Part shown: positions 9,840-19,217 of the stretch, piece after piece | Layout: the number at the start of each line of letters is the position of its first letter | How positions within the stretch are numbered: position 1 is the first letter of the stretch | DNA from: Vicinamibacterales bacterium | GTDB lineage: Bacteria > Acidobacteriota > Vicinamibacteria > Vicinamibacterales > UBA2999 | DNA: 63,025 nt | NCBI GenBank assembly: GCA_035646375.1 | Contig: DASRPM010000098.1 | Location: forward strand, 1 to 63,025 | Direction of reading: 5' to 3' | Made by a program: the position numbers and the translations under genes | The notes under the pieces: model-generated | Told to the model about the DNA's origin: nothing | What the model saw: the letters and a program-made list of their open reading frames with translations, nothing else | The model's database searches: none

Positions 9840-10451
9840 GTGAAGAAGACGATGCTGCTGGCACTGCTGCTCACGGCCACGACGGCCGCCGCGCAGGTGC
9901 CGGCTACCGGGCAGCAGCCGCCCGCCGTGCCCGGACAGGCGCCCGGCGCGCCCGGACCGCCCGTGCCCGGACAACCGCTGCCGGGTGCGAAACCGCCGGT
10001 GTCCGCGCCCGCGCCCAGTGCGACGGCGGCGCGCACGTTCACGGCGCCGGTGGGCGTCTTGTTCAACACCGTGCGCCCCGACAAGACGCTGGACTTCGAG
10101 AAGTTCGTGTCGTCGGTACGCAAGACGCTCGAGTCGAGCACCGACCCGAAGCTGCAGGCCATGGCCAAGGGCTGGCGCTTCTTCAAGGCCGCGGAACCGG
10201 GCCCCGCCAACTCGGTGCTCTACGTCTTCATCGTCGATCCGGCGGTGCCGGGCGAGGACTACGGCATGGGCCGCGTGCTGTCGTCGGGGTCCACCGACAC
10301 CGCGGCGCTGCAGGAGATCTGGAAGCTCTATCAAGGCTCCGTGACCGGCGGAGGCACTCTGCTCAACTTGTCACCCATACCGGAGCCCCCCGTCGAACCG
10401 GCAGCTGGAGAGAAACCTGCCGCGTCCTCGCCGGCCACGCAGAAACCTTGA
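9840..10451 (+). CDS. secreted hypothetical protein, paralogue 2 (Pro-rich linker and tail)
   Basis: VKKTMLLALLLTATTAAAQ signal, then a P/A/G-rich linker, then a domain homologous to 9290-9748 (VRPDKTLDFEKF...KGWRFFK...VLYVFIVDP). The start is either GTG 9840 or ATG 9852. Confidence 0.65.
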   Translation: MKKTMLLALLLTATTAAAQVPATGQQPPAVPGQAPGAPGPPVPGQPLPGAKPPVSAPAPSATAARTFTAPVGVLFNTVRPDKTLDFEKFVSSVRKTLESSTDPKLQAMAKGWRFFKAAEPGPANSVLYVFIVDPAVPGEDYGMGRVLSSGSTDTAALQEIWKLYQGSVTGGGTLLNLSPIPEPPVEPAAGEKPAASSPATQKP

Positions 10452-10486
10452 GGCAGAGTAGGCAGAGGACTCCGCCCACTCCGCCT
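10451..10486. terminator. imperfect hairpin between convergent genes (possible bidirectional terminator)
   Basis: AGGCAGAGTAGGCAGAG (10451-10467) pairs with CTCCGCCCACTCCGCCT (10470-10486) at 14/17 positions by hand. Followed by AAAA. It overlaps the stop codons of both flanking genes. Confidence 0.4.
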
Positions 10487-10967
10487 AAAAGGCCAGGTTC
10501 GCTCCGACGTAGAAACGGTGGACGACGTCGTGCAGCGGCGCGCCGCGCAGCCTGAAGACGCGGTAGTCGACGCGCGCGCGCAACGGCCCGGCGAGCCGGA
10601 TCTTCACGCCGCCGCCGGCGTTGCCACCGAGCTGCGTCTCGCTCACTCCGTTGAACGATTCGCGATACCCACCGGCCCCGGTGGTGAAGTAGGGCTGGAA
10701 GCCCGCTATCGCCACCGGCGTCTGGATCAGGATGTTGCCCATCCCGGTGCGCAGCGAGGGCGCGGCATCCTCGGGATCTTCGCGCGTGTCGGAGTATTCG
10801 AACTCGAACCCCAGCACGAGAATCCCGCCGCCGAAGGCGAAGCCGCGGGCGGTGCGCGCGGCGGGCGTGCTGGTGCTGCCGAGGAAAATCGTCACGTCCG
10901 CGAGAGCGTGCGGCGCGGCGGCCAGCACGAAGCCGGCGGCGAGAGCGAGCGAGCGGGCGATGCGCAT
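10485..10967 (-). CDS. small outer-membrane beta-barrel protein (OmpX/OmpW-like porin-family domain)
   Basis: Start moved to ATG 10967 ([23 protein letters not shown] signal). Alternating beta-strand pattern and a C-terminal ...YVGANLAF aromatic terminus typical of OMPs. Confidence 0.75.
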   Translation of the reverse strand: MRIARSLALAAGFVLAAAPHALADVTIFLGSTSTPAARTARGFAFGGGILVLGFEFEYSDTREDPEDAAPSLRTGMGNILIQTPVAIAGFQPYFTTGAGGYRESFNGVSETQLGGNAGGGVKIRLAGPLRARVDYRVFRLRGAPLHDVVHRFYVGANLAF

Positions 10968-10992
10968 ACCGGATGATACGATGGGCGCCGGA

Positions 10993-12162
10993 ATGGACTT
11001 CCGGCTCACGGACGAGCAGGAGCTGCTGAAGCGCAGCGTGCGCGAGTTCGCCGAGGCCGAACTGCGGCCCCACGTGCGCGAATGGGACGAGGCGCAGCAC
11101 TTCCCGCGCGAGCTGCTCGCCAAGTGCGCCGAGCTCGGGCTCATGGGCATCCAGTTCCCGGAAGTCTACGGCGGCACCGCGATGTCGTCGGTGGACTACT
11201 GCATCTGCATCGAGGAGCTGGCGCGCGTCGATCCGGCCGTCTGCCTGTCGATTGCGGCGCACAACGGCCTGGGCTCCGCCCACATCTTCATGTTCGGCAC
11301 CGAGGCCCAGAAGCAGCGCTACGTGGTGCCGCTCGCGCGCGGCGAGCAGCTGGCGGCCTGGGGCCTGACCGAAGCCTCGTCCGGCAGCGACGCGGCGTCG
11401 ATGCGCACGACCGCGGTGCGCGACGGCGACGACTGGGTGATCAACGGCACCAAGCAGTTCATTACCCACGGCCGCGATGGCGACCTCATCGTGGTGATGG
11501 CCGTCACCGCCCGCGGCAAGGGATCGCGCGGCATCTCGGCGTTCATCGTCGAACGCGGCACGGATGGCTTCCGCGCCGGCAAGAAGGAAGACAAGCTCGG
11601 GATGCGCGCGAGCGAAACGAGCGAGGTGATCTTCGACAACTGCCGCGTGCCGGCGAGCCAGCTGCTCGGCGTCGAAGGGCAGGGGTTCGTCAACGCCCTG
11701 CAGGTGCTCGACGCCGGCCGCATCGGCATCGCGGCGCTGGCGGTGGGCCTCGCCCAGGGCGCCTACGAAGCGGCGCGCGGCTACGCATTCACGCGCGTGC
11801 AGTTCGGCCAGAAGATCGGCACGTTCCAGAGCATCCGCGCGCGTCTCGTCGATACCGCGACGCGGATCGAAGCGGCGCGGCTGCTGACGTATCGTGCCGC
11901 CGCGCTCAAGGACGGCGGGGCGCGCACCACGATCGAAGCCGCGATGGCCAAGCTCTATTCGAGCGAGATCGCCGTGCGCGCGGCCGAGGACGGCGTGCAG
12001 ATTCACGGCGGCTACGGCTTCGTGAAGGACTACCCGGCCGAGAAGTTCTTCCGCGACGTGAAGCTCACGACGATTGGCGAGGGGACGAGCGAGATTCAAC
12101 GCCTGGTCATTGCCCGCCATCTCATGGCGGGCGACCGCGACGCCGGTGGCCGCGCCGCCTGA
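10993..12162 (+). CDS. acyl-CoA dehydrogenase
   Basis: [12 protein letters not shown]...[17 protein letters not shown]...[10 protein letters not shown]; classic ACAD motifs. The start is ATG 10993 or 10981; the track ORF start at 10732 overlaps the opposite-strand OMP gene. Confidence 0.92.
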   Translation: MDFRLTDEQELLKRSVREFAEAELRPHVREWDEAQHFPRELLAKCAELGLMGIQFPEVYGGTAMSSVDYCICIEELARVDPAVCLSIAAHNGLGSAHIFMFGTEAQKQRYVVPLARGEQLAAWGLTEASSGSDAASMRTTAVRDGDDWVINGTKQFITHGRDGDLIVVMAVTARGKGSRGISAFIVERGTDGFRAGKKEDKLGMRASETSEVIFDNCRVPASQLLGVEGQGFVNALQVLDAGRIGIAALAVGLAQGAYEAARGYAFTRVQFGQKIGTFQSIRARLVDTATRIEAARLLTYRAAALKDGGARTTIEAAMAKLYSSEIAVRAAEDGVQIHGGYGFVKDYPAEKFFRDVKLTTIGEGTSEIQRLVIARHLMAGDRDAGGRAA

Positions 12163-13120
12163 CGCGCTCGCCGAGCGCGTGCTGGCGGCTGACCCGCGGG
12201 CGATTGCCCGGGCGATTTCGCTGATCGAAGACGGCGACGGGATCGACGGGGCCGGCGCCGCCCTCATCGGTCAGCTCTTTCCACGCACCGGGCGCGCCTA
12301 TCTCGTGGGCGTGACGGGCGTGCCCGGCGGCGGCAAGAGCACGCTGGGCGATCAGCTCATCGCGACCATCCGGGCGGCGGGGCTGAAGGTGGCGGTCCTG
12401 GCCGTGGACCCGACGAGCCCGTTCAGCGGCGGCGCCGTGCTCGGTGATCGGGTGCGCATGAATCAGCACGCCGGCGACGCCGGCGTGTTCGTGCGCAGCA
12501 TGGCCACGCGCGGCCATCTCGGCGGACTGGCGCGCACGACGGCCGATGCGGCGCTGGTGCTGGACGCGGCCGGCTTCGACGTGGTGCTCATCGAGACGGT
12601 CGGCGTCGGCCAGGACGAGGTCGAGGTGGCGCAGACCGCCGATGCGACGGTGGTCGTGCTCGTGCCCGGCACCGGCGACGACGTCCAGGCGATGAAGGCC
12701 GGCATCATGGAAATCGCCGACATCTTCGTGGCGAACAAGGCGGACCGCGAAGGGATCGACCGGCTGGTGCAGTCGATCGAGGCGGCGCTGTCGCTGAAGC
12801 CGGCGGCCGCGGGCGAGTGGACGCCGCCGGTGCTGAAGACGGAAGCGACGGCCGGCCGCGGCGTGCCGGAGCTGTGGGAGACGCTGTGCCGGTTCCGCGA
12901 CCGCTCCGCGGCGATGCGCGACGCGCGGCGCCTCGCGCGCGCGCATGCCCGCATCCGGGCGCTCGCCGTCGGGCTGCTCGTCGCGCGCTTGGAGCAGGCG
13001 CTTCCAGCCGAGGCCTTTGCGCAGGCGGCGGCCGACGTGGCCGCGCGGCGTACGGATCCGTACGCGGCGGCACGCGCGCTCGTGGCGCGGGGAGTGGCCG
13101 TGCGGGGCGGGTCGATATGA
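12146..13120 (+). CDS. meaB: methylmalonyl-CoA mutase-associated GTPase MeaB/ArgK
   Basis: [14 protein letters not shown]-loop, [25 protein letters not shown]. The start is uncertain: GTG 12146 is chosen because it gives only a short overlap with the ACAD stop. Confidence 0.88.
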   Translation: MAAPPDALAERVLAADPRAIARAISLIEDGDGIDGAGAALIGQLFPRTGRAYLVGVTGVPGGGKSTLGDQLIATIRAAGLKVAVLAVDPTSPFSGGAVLGDRVRMNQHAGDAGVFVRSMATRGHLGGLARTTADAALVLDAAGFDVVLIETVGVGQDEVEVAQTADATVVVLVPGTGDDVQAMKAGIMEIADIFVANKADREGIDRLVQSIEAALSLKPAAAGEWTPPVLKTEATAGRGVPELWETLCRFRDRSAAMRDARRLARAHARIRALAVGLLVARLEQALPAEAFAQAAADVAARRTDPYAAARALVARGVAVRGGSI

Positions 13121-14379
13121 AGGCCGTCCTCGACCATGTCGGGATTGCCGTCGAGCGGCTCGACGAAGCGCTGGCGTTCTATCGCGACGCCCTCGGTCTC
13201 GAAGTCGACGTACCCGAAGAGGTGGTCACGCAGCGCGTCCGCGCGCACATGCTCCACACCGGCGCGGCCGCGCTCGAACTGCTCGAGGCCACCGCGGCCG
13301 ACTCGCCGATCGCCACCTTCGTTGGCCGGCGCGGCCCCGGCCTGCATCACGTGACGCTGCGCGTCGAGGACCTCCGCGCCGCGCTAACGCACCTGGCCGC
13401 CCGCGGCGTGCGCCTCGTGGACACCGAGCCGCGCCCCGGCGCGCACGGGTCGCTCGTGGCGTTCGTGCATCCCTCGGCCGCCCACGGCGTGCTCGTCGAG
13501 CTGAAGCAGGCGCCGCCGCCCGCGTTGCGGCTCGCGACGGCGTCGATTCCCTGGGGCGACCTGACGCTCACGACCTTGCACGATGGGCCGTTCCGGCTCG
13601 ACGGCGGCGCGATGTTCGGCGTCGTGCCGAAGCCGTTGTGGGAAAAGCTGGCGCCGGCCGACGATCGCAACCGCATTCAGATGGCGATGCGGCCGCTGCT
13701 CGTCGAGTCGTCGTGGGGCCGCATGCTCGTCGACTGCGGCGTCGGCGAGAAGATGCCGGCGAAAGCGCGCGACATCTACGCCCTCGATCGCCGCGTGCAC
13801 CTCGATCACGCGCTCGCCGAACGCGGTCTCGACACGGCGTCGATCGACTTCGCGCTCGCCACCCACCTGCACTTCGACCACTTCGGCGGCGCGACGATGC
13901 GGAGCCCGCAGGGGGTCGTGCCGCGCTTTCCCAAGGCCCGCTATCTGATTCGCGACGCCGAGTGGGAAGACGCCACGCACCCGCACGAGCGGAACCGCGC
14001 CAGCTACCTGCAGGACGACTTCGTGCCGCTGAAGCCCGCGGGGGTGGTGGACTTCTATTCGGGGGACGTCACGGTGAAGCCGGGCGTCCGCGTCGTCCGC
14101 ACCGGCGGGCACACCGGCCAGCACCAGATCGTCTACCTCGAATCGGGCGGCAAGACGGCGGTCTTCGCCGCCGATCTCGTCCCGACCATCGCGCACCTGC
14201 AGGATCCATGGGTGATGGGCTACGACCTGTTTCCCATGGAGGCGCTGGCCTTCAAGCGGCGCTTCATGCGGGAGGCGATCGACGGCGAATACCTGGTGTT
14301 CTTCGAGCACGACCCCGTCGTGGCCGCCGGATTCATCCGGGAACGCGACGGCAAGCGGTGGGTCGAGCCGGTGCTGTAA
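13117..14379 (+). CDS. methylmalonyl-CoA epimerase (VOC fold) fused to an MBL-fold metallohydrolase domain
   Basis: aa 1-~135 are MCE-like (HVGIAVERLDEALAFY...ELLEATAADSPIATFVGRRGPGLHHVTL...). aa ~150-420 are MBL-fold (ATHLHFDHFGG = HxHxDH). There is no in-frame stop between the two. ATGA overlap with the meaB stop. Confidence 0.85.
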   Translation: MKAVLDHVGIAVERLDEALAFYRDALGLEVDVPEEVVTQRVRAHMLHTGAAALELLEATAADSPIATFVGRRGPGLHHVTLRVEDLRAALTHLAARGVRLVDTEPRPGAHGSLVAFVHPSAAHGVLVELKQAPPPALRLATASIPWGDLTLTTLHDGPFRLDGGAMFGVVPKPLWEKLAPADDRNRIQMAMRPLLVESSWGRMLVDCGVGEKMPAKARDIYALDRRVHLDHALAERGLDTASIDFALATHLHFDHFGGATMRSPQGVVPRFPKARYLIRDAEWEDATHPHERNRASYLQDDFVPLKPAGVVDFYSGDVTVKPGVRVVRTGGHTGQHQIVYLESGGKTAVFAADLVPTIAHLQDPWVMGYDLFPMEALAFKRRFMREAIDGEYLVFFEHDPVVAAGFIRERDGKRWVEPVL

Positions 14380-14397
14380 GATCCTAAAGCTCAGTCT

Positions 14398-15279
14398 ATG
14401 GAAAACGTTCGCATTGGCATCATCGGTGGGAGTGGTCTGTACGACATGGCCGAGGTGGTCGACCGCACCGAGGTCACCGTGACCACCCCGTTCGGCGACC
14501 CCTCGGGGCCCTACGTGATCGGCACGCTGCGCGGGAAGCGGGTCGCGTTCCTGGCGCGCCACGGCGCCGGCCACCGGCTGCTGCCCTCCGAGCTGAACTT
14601 CCGCGCGAACATCTTCGGGATGAAGACGCTCGGCGTGGAGTACATCCTCTCGGCGAGCGCCGTCGGCAGCCTGAAAGAGGAGCTGCGGCCGCTCGACATC
14701 GTCATCCCCGACCAGTTCATCGACCGCACGATGGGGCGCATCAGCACGTTCTTCGGTCAGGGACTGGCGGCGCACGTCGGGTTCGCGCATCCGTTCTGTT
14801 CGCGCCTCAGCGCGATTGCCCACGAGAGCGGGCAGGCCGCCGGCGCCACGGTGCACAAGGGTGGCACCTACGTGTGCATGGAGGGCCCGCAGTTCTCGAC
14901 GCTCGCCGAGTCGCGGCTCTACCGCTCGTGGGGCGCCGACATCATCGGCATGACCAACCTGCAGGAAGCCAAGCTGGCGCGCGAGGCCGAGATCTGCTAC
15001 ACGACGATCGCGCTCGTCACCGACTACGACTGCTGGCATCCCGATCACGATTCGGTGACCGTCGAGATGATCATCGGCAATCTGACGCAGAACGCGAAGA
15101 CCGCCCAGGCGATCATCGCGAGCGCCGTCGATCGGCTTCCGTACGAGCGTGGCTGCGAATGCGCCAGCGCGCTGAAGTTCGCGCTCATCACCCGTCCAGA
15201 CGCGGTGCCGGCCAGCACGCTGCTGGACCTGGCTCCGATTGTCGGGCGCTACCTGCCCACAAGCACTTCCCAATCCTAG
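14398..15279 (+). CDS. mtnP: S-methyl-5'-thioadenosine phosphorylase
   Basis: [12 protein letters not shown]...FLARHG.GH...PSELN.RANI...; PNP/MTAP family along the full length. Confidence 0.9.
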   Translation: MENVRIGIIGGSGLYDMAEVVDRTEVTVTTPFGDPSGPYVIGTLRGKRVAFLARHGAGHRLLPSELNFRANIFGMKTLGVEYILSASAVGSLKEELRPLDIVIPDQFIDRTMGRISTFFGQGLAAHVGFAHPFCSRLSAIAHESGQAAGATVHKGGTYVCMEGPQFSTLAESRLYRSWGADIIGMTNLQEAKLAREAEICYTTIALVTDYDCWHPDHDSVTVEMIIGNLTQNAKTAQAIIASAVDRLPYERGCECASALKFALITRPDAVPASTLLDLAPIVGRYLPTSTSQS

Positions 15280-15290
15280 AGGACCGCCGA

Positions 15291-16286
15291 ATGAGCAATG
15301 CGAAGTTCGATGTCACCGCGATCGGCAACGCGATCGTGGACGTGATCGCCCAGGCCGATGATGCCTTTCTCGACAAGCACAAGCTGCCGAAAGGCGCGAT
15401 GAATCTCATCGACACGGAGACGGCCGAGCGGCTGTATGGCGACATGGGCCCGGGTAAGGAAGCGTCGGGCGGTTCGGCCGGCAACACGATTGCGGGCGTC
15501 GCGGCGCTTGGCGGGCGCACGGCCTACATCGGCAAGGTCGCGAAGGATCAGCTCGGCGACGTCTTCACGCACGACATGCGCGCGGTGGGCGTGACCTACG
15601 ATACGACGCCGCTCGTCGGCGGGCTGCCGACGGCCCGGTCGCTCATCATCGTGACGCCCGACGCGCAGCGGACGATGCAGACCTTTCTCGGCGCCACCAC
15701 CCAGCTCGGTCCCGAGGACGTCGACATGAGCTACATCACCGGCTCGAAGGTGCTGTATCTCGAGGGCTATCTGTGGGATCAGCCGCGCGCCAAGGAGGCG
15801 ATGCGCAACGCCGCCATCGCCGCGCAGAAGGCGGGCGTCAAGGTGTCGTTCACGCTGTCGGACTCCTTCTGCGTGGCGCGCTACCGCGCCGAGTTCCTGG
15901 AGCTCGTCGAGAAGCACGTGGACATCCTGTTCGCCAACGAGCACGAGATCCTGTCGCTCTACGAGGTGGAGAACTTCGACGATGCGCTGCAGAAGGTGCG
16001 CGGCCACTGCGAGATTGCGGCGCTGACGCGCAGCGAGAAGGGGTCGGTGGTCCTTCGCGGCAACGAGGTGCACGTGATCGACGCGGTGCCTGGCGTCAAG
16101 GTGGTGGACACGACCGGCGCGGGCGACGCCTACGCGGCCGGGTTCCTCTACGCCTACACGCAGGGCCTCGACCTGGCGACGTGCGGCAAGCTTGGCGGCG
16201 CGATGGCGGCGCAGGTGATCAGCCAGTACGGTCCGCGCGCCGACGTGAAGGACGTGAAGGCCCTCAGCGCGAAGATTCTCGGCTGA
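15291..16286 (+). CDS. PfkB-family adenosine kinase
   Basis: MSNAKFDVTAIGNAIVDV...GGSAGNT...DTTGAGDAYAAGFLY (ribokinase-family signature). ATG at 15291 follows the mtnP stop. Confidence 0.85.
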   Translation: MSNAKFDVTAIGNAIVDVIAQADDAFLDKHKLPKGAMNLIDTETAERLYGDMGPGKEASGGSAGNTIAGVAALGGRTAYIGKVAKDQLGDVFTHDMRAVGVTYDTTPLVGGLPTARSLIIVTPDAQRTMQTFLGATTQLGPEDVDMSYITGSKVLYLEGYLWDQPRAKEAMRNAAIAAQKAGVKVSFTLSDSFCVARYRAEFLELVEKHVDILFANEHEILSLYEVENFDDALQKVRGHCEIAALTRSEKGSVVLRGNEVHVIDAVPGVKVVDTTGAGDAYAAGFLYAYTQGLDLATCGKLGGAMAAQVISQYGPRADVKDVKALSAKILG

Positions 16287-16292
16287 CGGGAC

Positions 16293-16357
16293 AGCCTTCA
16301 GCCTCTGGCCTTTAGCCTCTGGTAAAGCTCTTCCCAAAGGCTAGAGGCCAAAGGCTA
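16293..16357. repeat. heptad-periodic hairpin repeat, copy R3
   Basis: aGCCTTCA GCCTCTG GCCTTTA GCCTCTG g (16293-16322), loop taaagctcttc, then CCAAAGGCTAGAGGCCAAAGGCTa (16334-16357). Fills the gap between convergent stops (16286 and 16363). The right arm is about 85% identical to the R1 right arm. Confidence 0.85.
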
Positions 16358-16362
16358 CATCG

Positions 16363-17604
16363 TCAGGCCCGGGCTGCCTTCCGTCCGGGCTCGAGGTCGG
16401 GGAGAAAGTACGTCAGCAGTCCGAGCGCCGGCAGGAAGGCGCAGACGCGGTAGACGACGTCGATGCTCGTCGCGTCCGCCAGCACGCCCAGCAGGGCCGC
16501 GCCCACCGCGCCGGCACCGAACGCGAACCCGAAGAACAGCCCCGAGACCATCCCGACGCGGCCCGGCACCAGCTCCTGCGCGAAGACGACGATGGCCGGG
16601 AAGGCCGACGCCAGGATGAGCCCGATCACCACCGTCAGCACCTCGGTGACGCGCAGGCTCGCGTAGGGCATCAGCAGCGTGAAGGGCAGCACGCCGAGGA
16701 TCGACACCCAGATCACCCTCTTGCGCCCGATGCGGTCACCCACGGGGCCGCCGATGAAGGTGCCGGCCGCCACCGCGCCGAGGAACAGGAAGAGGTGCAG
16801 CTGCGCGTTCTGCACCGAGATCCCGAACTTGTGAATCAGGTAGAACGTGTAGAAGCTGGTGAGGCTCGCCAGGTAGACGTTCTTCGAGAAGACGAGCGCC
16901 ACCAGGATGGCGAGCGACCGCAGCACCTGGCCGTCGGGCAGCCCCACGGCCGGCTTCGGCCTGGGGCGCGCGGCCTGCGCCACCAGGCGCGCCTTGTACC
17001 AGGTGCCTACGCGGGCGAGGATGGTCATGCCGACCAACGCCGTCACCGCGAACCAGGCGATGCTGCGCTGACCGTTCGGCAGCACGATGAACGCCGCAAG
17101 CAGCGGCCCCATCGCCGAACCCGCGTTGCCGCCGACCTGAAACAGCGACTGCGCGAAGCCGTGGCGGCCGCCCGAGGCCATGCGCGCCACCCTCGACGAC
17201 TCGGGATGGAAGATGGACGATCCGATGCCGACGCATGCCGCGGCGACGAGCACCACGAGAAAGGAGGGCGCGAAGGCGAGGAGCACCAGCCCGACGAGCG
17301 TGAAGCCCATGCCGATCGCCAGCGAGTACGGCTTGGGTGCCTTGTCGGTGAAGTAGCCCACGACCGGCTGCAGCATCGAGGCGGTGGCCTGGTTGGCGAA
17401 CGTGATCAGCCCGATCTGGCCGAAGTCGAGCGCGTACGAGTCCTTCAGAATCGGGTAGACCGCCGGCACCACGGACTGCATCAGATCGTTGAGGCAGTGG
17501 CAGAGGCTGATCGCGCCGAGCACCCCGAGCGCGGTGTTACGAACGGCAGGCGTGGGTGGTAAGGCTGTCGGGGAGGCGGCGTCGGCGACGGTAGTGGTGG
17601 TCAC
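16363..17604 (-). CDS. MFS transporter (Fsr/fosmidomycin-resistance-like)
   Basis: 413 aa, about 12 TM segments. GTG start. Confidence 0.85.
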   Translation of the reverse strand: MTTTTVADAASPTALPPTPAVRNTALGVLGAISLCHCLNDLMQSVVPAVYPILKDSYALDFGQIGLITFANQATASMLQPVVGYFTDKAPKPYSLAIGMGFTLVGLVLLAFAPSFLVVLVAAACVGIGSSIFHPESSRVARMASGGRHGFAQSLFQVGGNAGSAMGPLLAAFIVLPNGQRSIAWFAVTALVGMTILARVGTWYKARLVAQAARPRPKPAVGLPDGQVLRSLAILVALVFSKNVYLASLTSFYTFYLIHKFGISVQNAQLHLFLFLGAVAAGTFIGGPVGDRIGRKRVIWVSILGVLPFTLLMPYASLRVTEVLTVVIGLILASAFPAIVVFAQELVPGRVGMVSGLFFGFAFGAGAVGAALLGVLADATSIDVVYRVCAFLPALGLLTYFLPDLEPGRKAARA

Positions 17605-17699
17605 GAAATCAATCCTGCGGCGGAAGGGCCGCGGGTTTCAGTGTACTGACGTGCCTGCTTGCTGCCAAACCGGGCATGCACTTCAATAGTGGGTCTCGA

Positions 17700-18206
17700 A
17701 TGCCCGCCCGTCTGATCGCCAGCGCGGTCGCCGCCGCCGCGGTGGCGTGGTTCGCGCTCGTCACGCTCGCGCCGGAACTGCCGCCGGCACTCGCCGCCCT
17801 GGTGTACGCCGCCGGCGGGTTCGTCTGCCATCAGCGGCCCGAGCGCTCGTTTCACTGGCACGGCGAGCAGCTGGCGGTGTGCGCACGGTGCACGGGCATC
17901 TACCTCGGCGCGTGCAGCGCCGCCCTGCTCGCGCCGCTGCCGCCGTCGGTGTACGCACGCTGGACCACTCCGCCGGCCCGCGTCGCACGGCTGCTTGCGA
18001 CGGCCGCGGTGCCGACCGTGGCCACCGTGATCGCCGAGTGGGCAGGCTGGTGGTCCGCGCCGTCGATCGTTCGCGCCGCCACGGGCGTACTCCTTGGCGT
18101 CGCCGGTGCGGTCGTCGTGGTGGCTGCGATAACATATGGTGAATGCCTGCCCCGAGCGGCCGCCGCGCGTCCGCCGCATACACCCCCGCCGCAAACCCCT
18201 ACGTAG
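17700..18206 (+). CDS. DUF2085-like membrane protein
   Basis: FVCHQRPERSFHWHGEQLAVCARCTGIYLG is the DUF2085 signature as I recall it. Confidence 0.65.
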   Translation: MPARLIASAVAAAAVAWFALVTLAPELPPALAALVYAAGGFVCHQRPERSFHWHGEQLAVCARCTGIYLGACSAALLAPLPPSVYARWTTPPARVARLLATAAVPTVATVIAEWAGWWSAPSIVRAATGVLLGVAGAVVVVAAITYGECLPRAAAARPPHTPPPQTPT

Positions 18207-18550
18207 TCTGTGCCGCCGCCTGGGCGGTGCCCGGTGGTGGACACCTGGTCCTGGGGCGCTATCAGAAAGGGCTCACGCTGCTCGTCGTGCTGCCGCTGAT
18301 GTTCGCCTTCGGCTTGTGGATTCAGGGCCGCATCTTTCCCTTCCAGTTCGGCGACCTGCTGGTGGGCCTCGCCGCGATCGCGGATCTCGGCATCGGCCTG
18401 CCGTACTTCGTGGCGAAACTGGCAGGCGCCGGCGCCGGCAACGTGATCGCGATCACCTACGAGTACGGCAACACCTACGTCATCGTCGCGGGGCTGCTCA
18501 ACATGCTCGCCGTGCTCGACGCCTTCGACATCGCGGTCGGAAGAAAATAG
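18143..18550 (+). CDS. hypothetical polytopic membrane protein
   Basis: 135-aa ORF with 3-4 hydrophobic helices (WAVPGGGHLVLGRYQKGLTLLVVLPLMFAFGL...). The start is uncertain because it overlaps the upstream gene by 64 nt. Confidence 0.5.
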   Translation: MPAPSGRRASAAYTPAANPYVVCAAAWAVPGGGHLVLGRYQKGLTLLVVLPLMFAFGLWIQGRIFPFQFGDLLVGLAAIADLGIGLPYFVAKLAGAGAGNVIAITYEYGNTYVIVAGLLNMLAVLDAFDIAVGRK

Positions 18551-18561
18551 AGACGCAAGCA

Positions 18562-18741
18562 GTGGATACCACCAGCCATCTCGGCCTGCTGTTCGTCTTC
18601 TCGGCGTTCGTCTCGATTGCGTTCGCGGTGCTGATGCGCGACGACCCCCGCGAGCAGTTGACGTTCGGCGCCAAGCTGTTCGGCACCTTCGTGGGGTCGG
18701 CGGTGCTCCTCGGCTGGCTGCTGTATCCACTCCCACTCTGA
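18562..18741 (+). CDS. hypothetical small membrane protein (59 aa)
   Basis: GTG 18562: VDTTSHLGLLFVFSAFVSIAFAVLM...FGTFVGSAVLLGWLLYPLPL, two predicted TM helices. It is the only sensible coding frame in this gap. Confidence 0.35.
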   Translation: MDTTSHLGLLFVFSAFVSIAFAVLMRDDPREQLTFGAKLFGTFVGSAVLLGWLLYPLPL

Positions 18742-18776
18742 AACAAGCGCCGCTTTGAAGAAAGCGCTGTGAAGCT

Positions 18777-19157
18777 GTGAGTCGCGCGCGGGCCGTCGCG
18801 CTGTGGGGGCCGGTGGCCGCCTACATGGCTGTCATCTTCGTGCTATCCGCCCAGACGCAGCCGCCGCTGCCGTCGCAGGTCTCGGACAAGCAGGGCCATT
18901 CGCTCGGCTACATGGGGCTGGCCGTCACCGTCGCCCGCGGGCTCGCGGGAGGGATCGCGGCCGGCGTCCCGCTTCGGATCGCGGCCTCCGCGTCGGCGAT
19001 CGCCGCCGGTTACGGCGCGACGGATGAGTGGCACCAGTCGTTCGTGCCAGGCCGCAGCGCAGACATATACGACTGGTACGCGGATGCGATAGGGGCGCTG
19101 CTCGGCGGCGGCGCGTGCTGGGCGTGGGGTATAATTCGTTCTCGCGCCGATGTTTGA
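18777..19157 (+). CDS. VanZ-like family membrane protein
   Basis: DKQGHSLGYMGLA...TDEWHQSFVPGRSADIYDWYADAIGALLG matches VanZ-like motifs. Confidence 0.75.
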   Translation: MSRARAVALWGPVAAYMAVIFVLSAQTQPPLPSQVSDKQGHSLGYMGLAVTVARGLAGGIAAGVPLRIAASASAIAAGYGATDEWHQSFVPGRSADIYDWYADAIGALLGGGACWAWGIIRSRADV

Positions 19158-19217
19158 CAACCTGCCCAGAACGCCCTCACGGAGATGCGGCCGTGAACAC
19201 GGGTTCAAGGAGTAGGC

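Noticed and set aside
12817-13116. N-terminal 100-aa extension of the MCE::MBL ORF in the track (starts 12817), and similar long extensions of garR-like (to 29939), PQQ-DH (to 61864), the OMP (to 11150), adenosine kinase (from 14874), lysS (from 19780) and others
   Set aside because: The extensions overlap the well-supported neighbouring genes and are Arg/Pro/Gly-rich. In each case an internal start directly follows or overlaps the neighbour's stop and begins the homologous region, often with a signal peptide. Those internal starts were used.
19158-19217. FMN riboswitch upstream of ribH
   Set aside because: The gap is only 60 nt and lacks the conserved FMN-element core, so it is too short for the aptamer. 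ribH here heads ribH-nusB-lysS rather than a rib operon.
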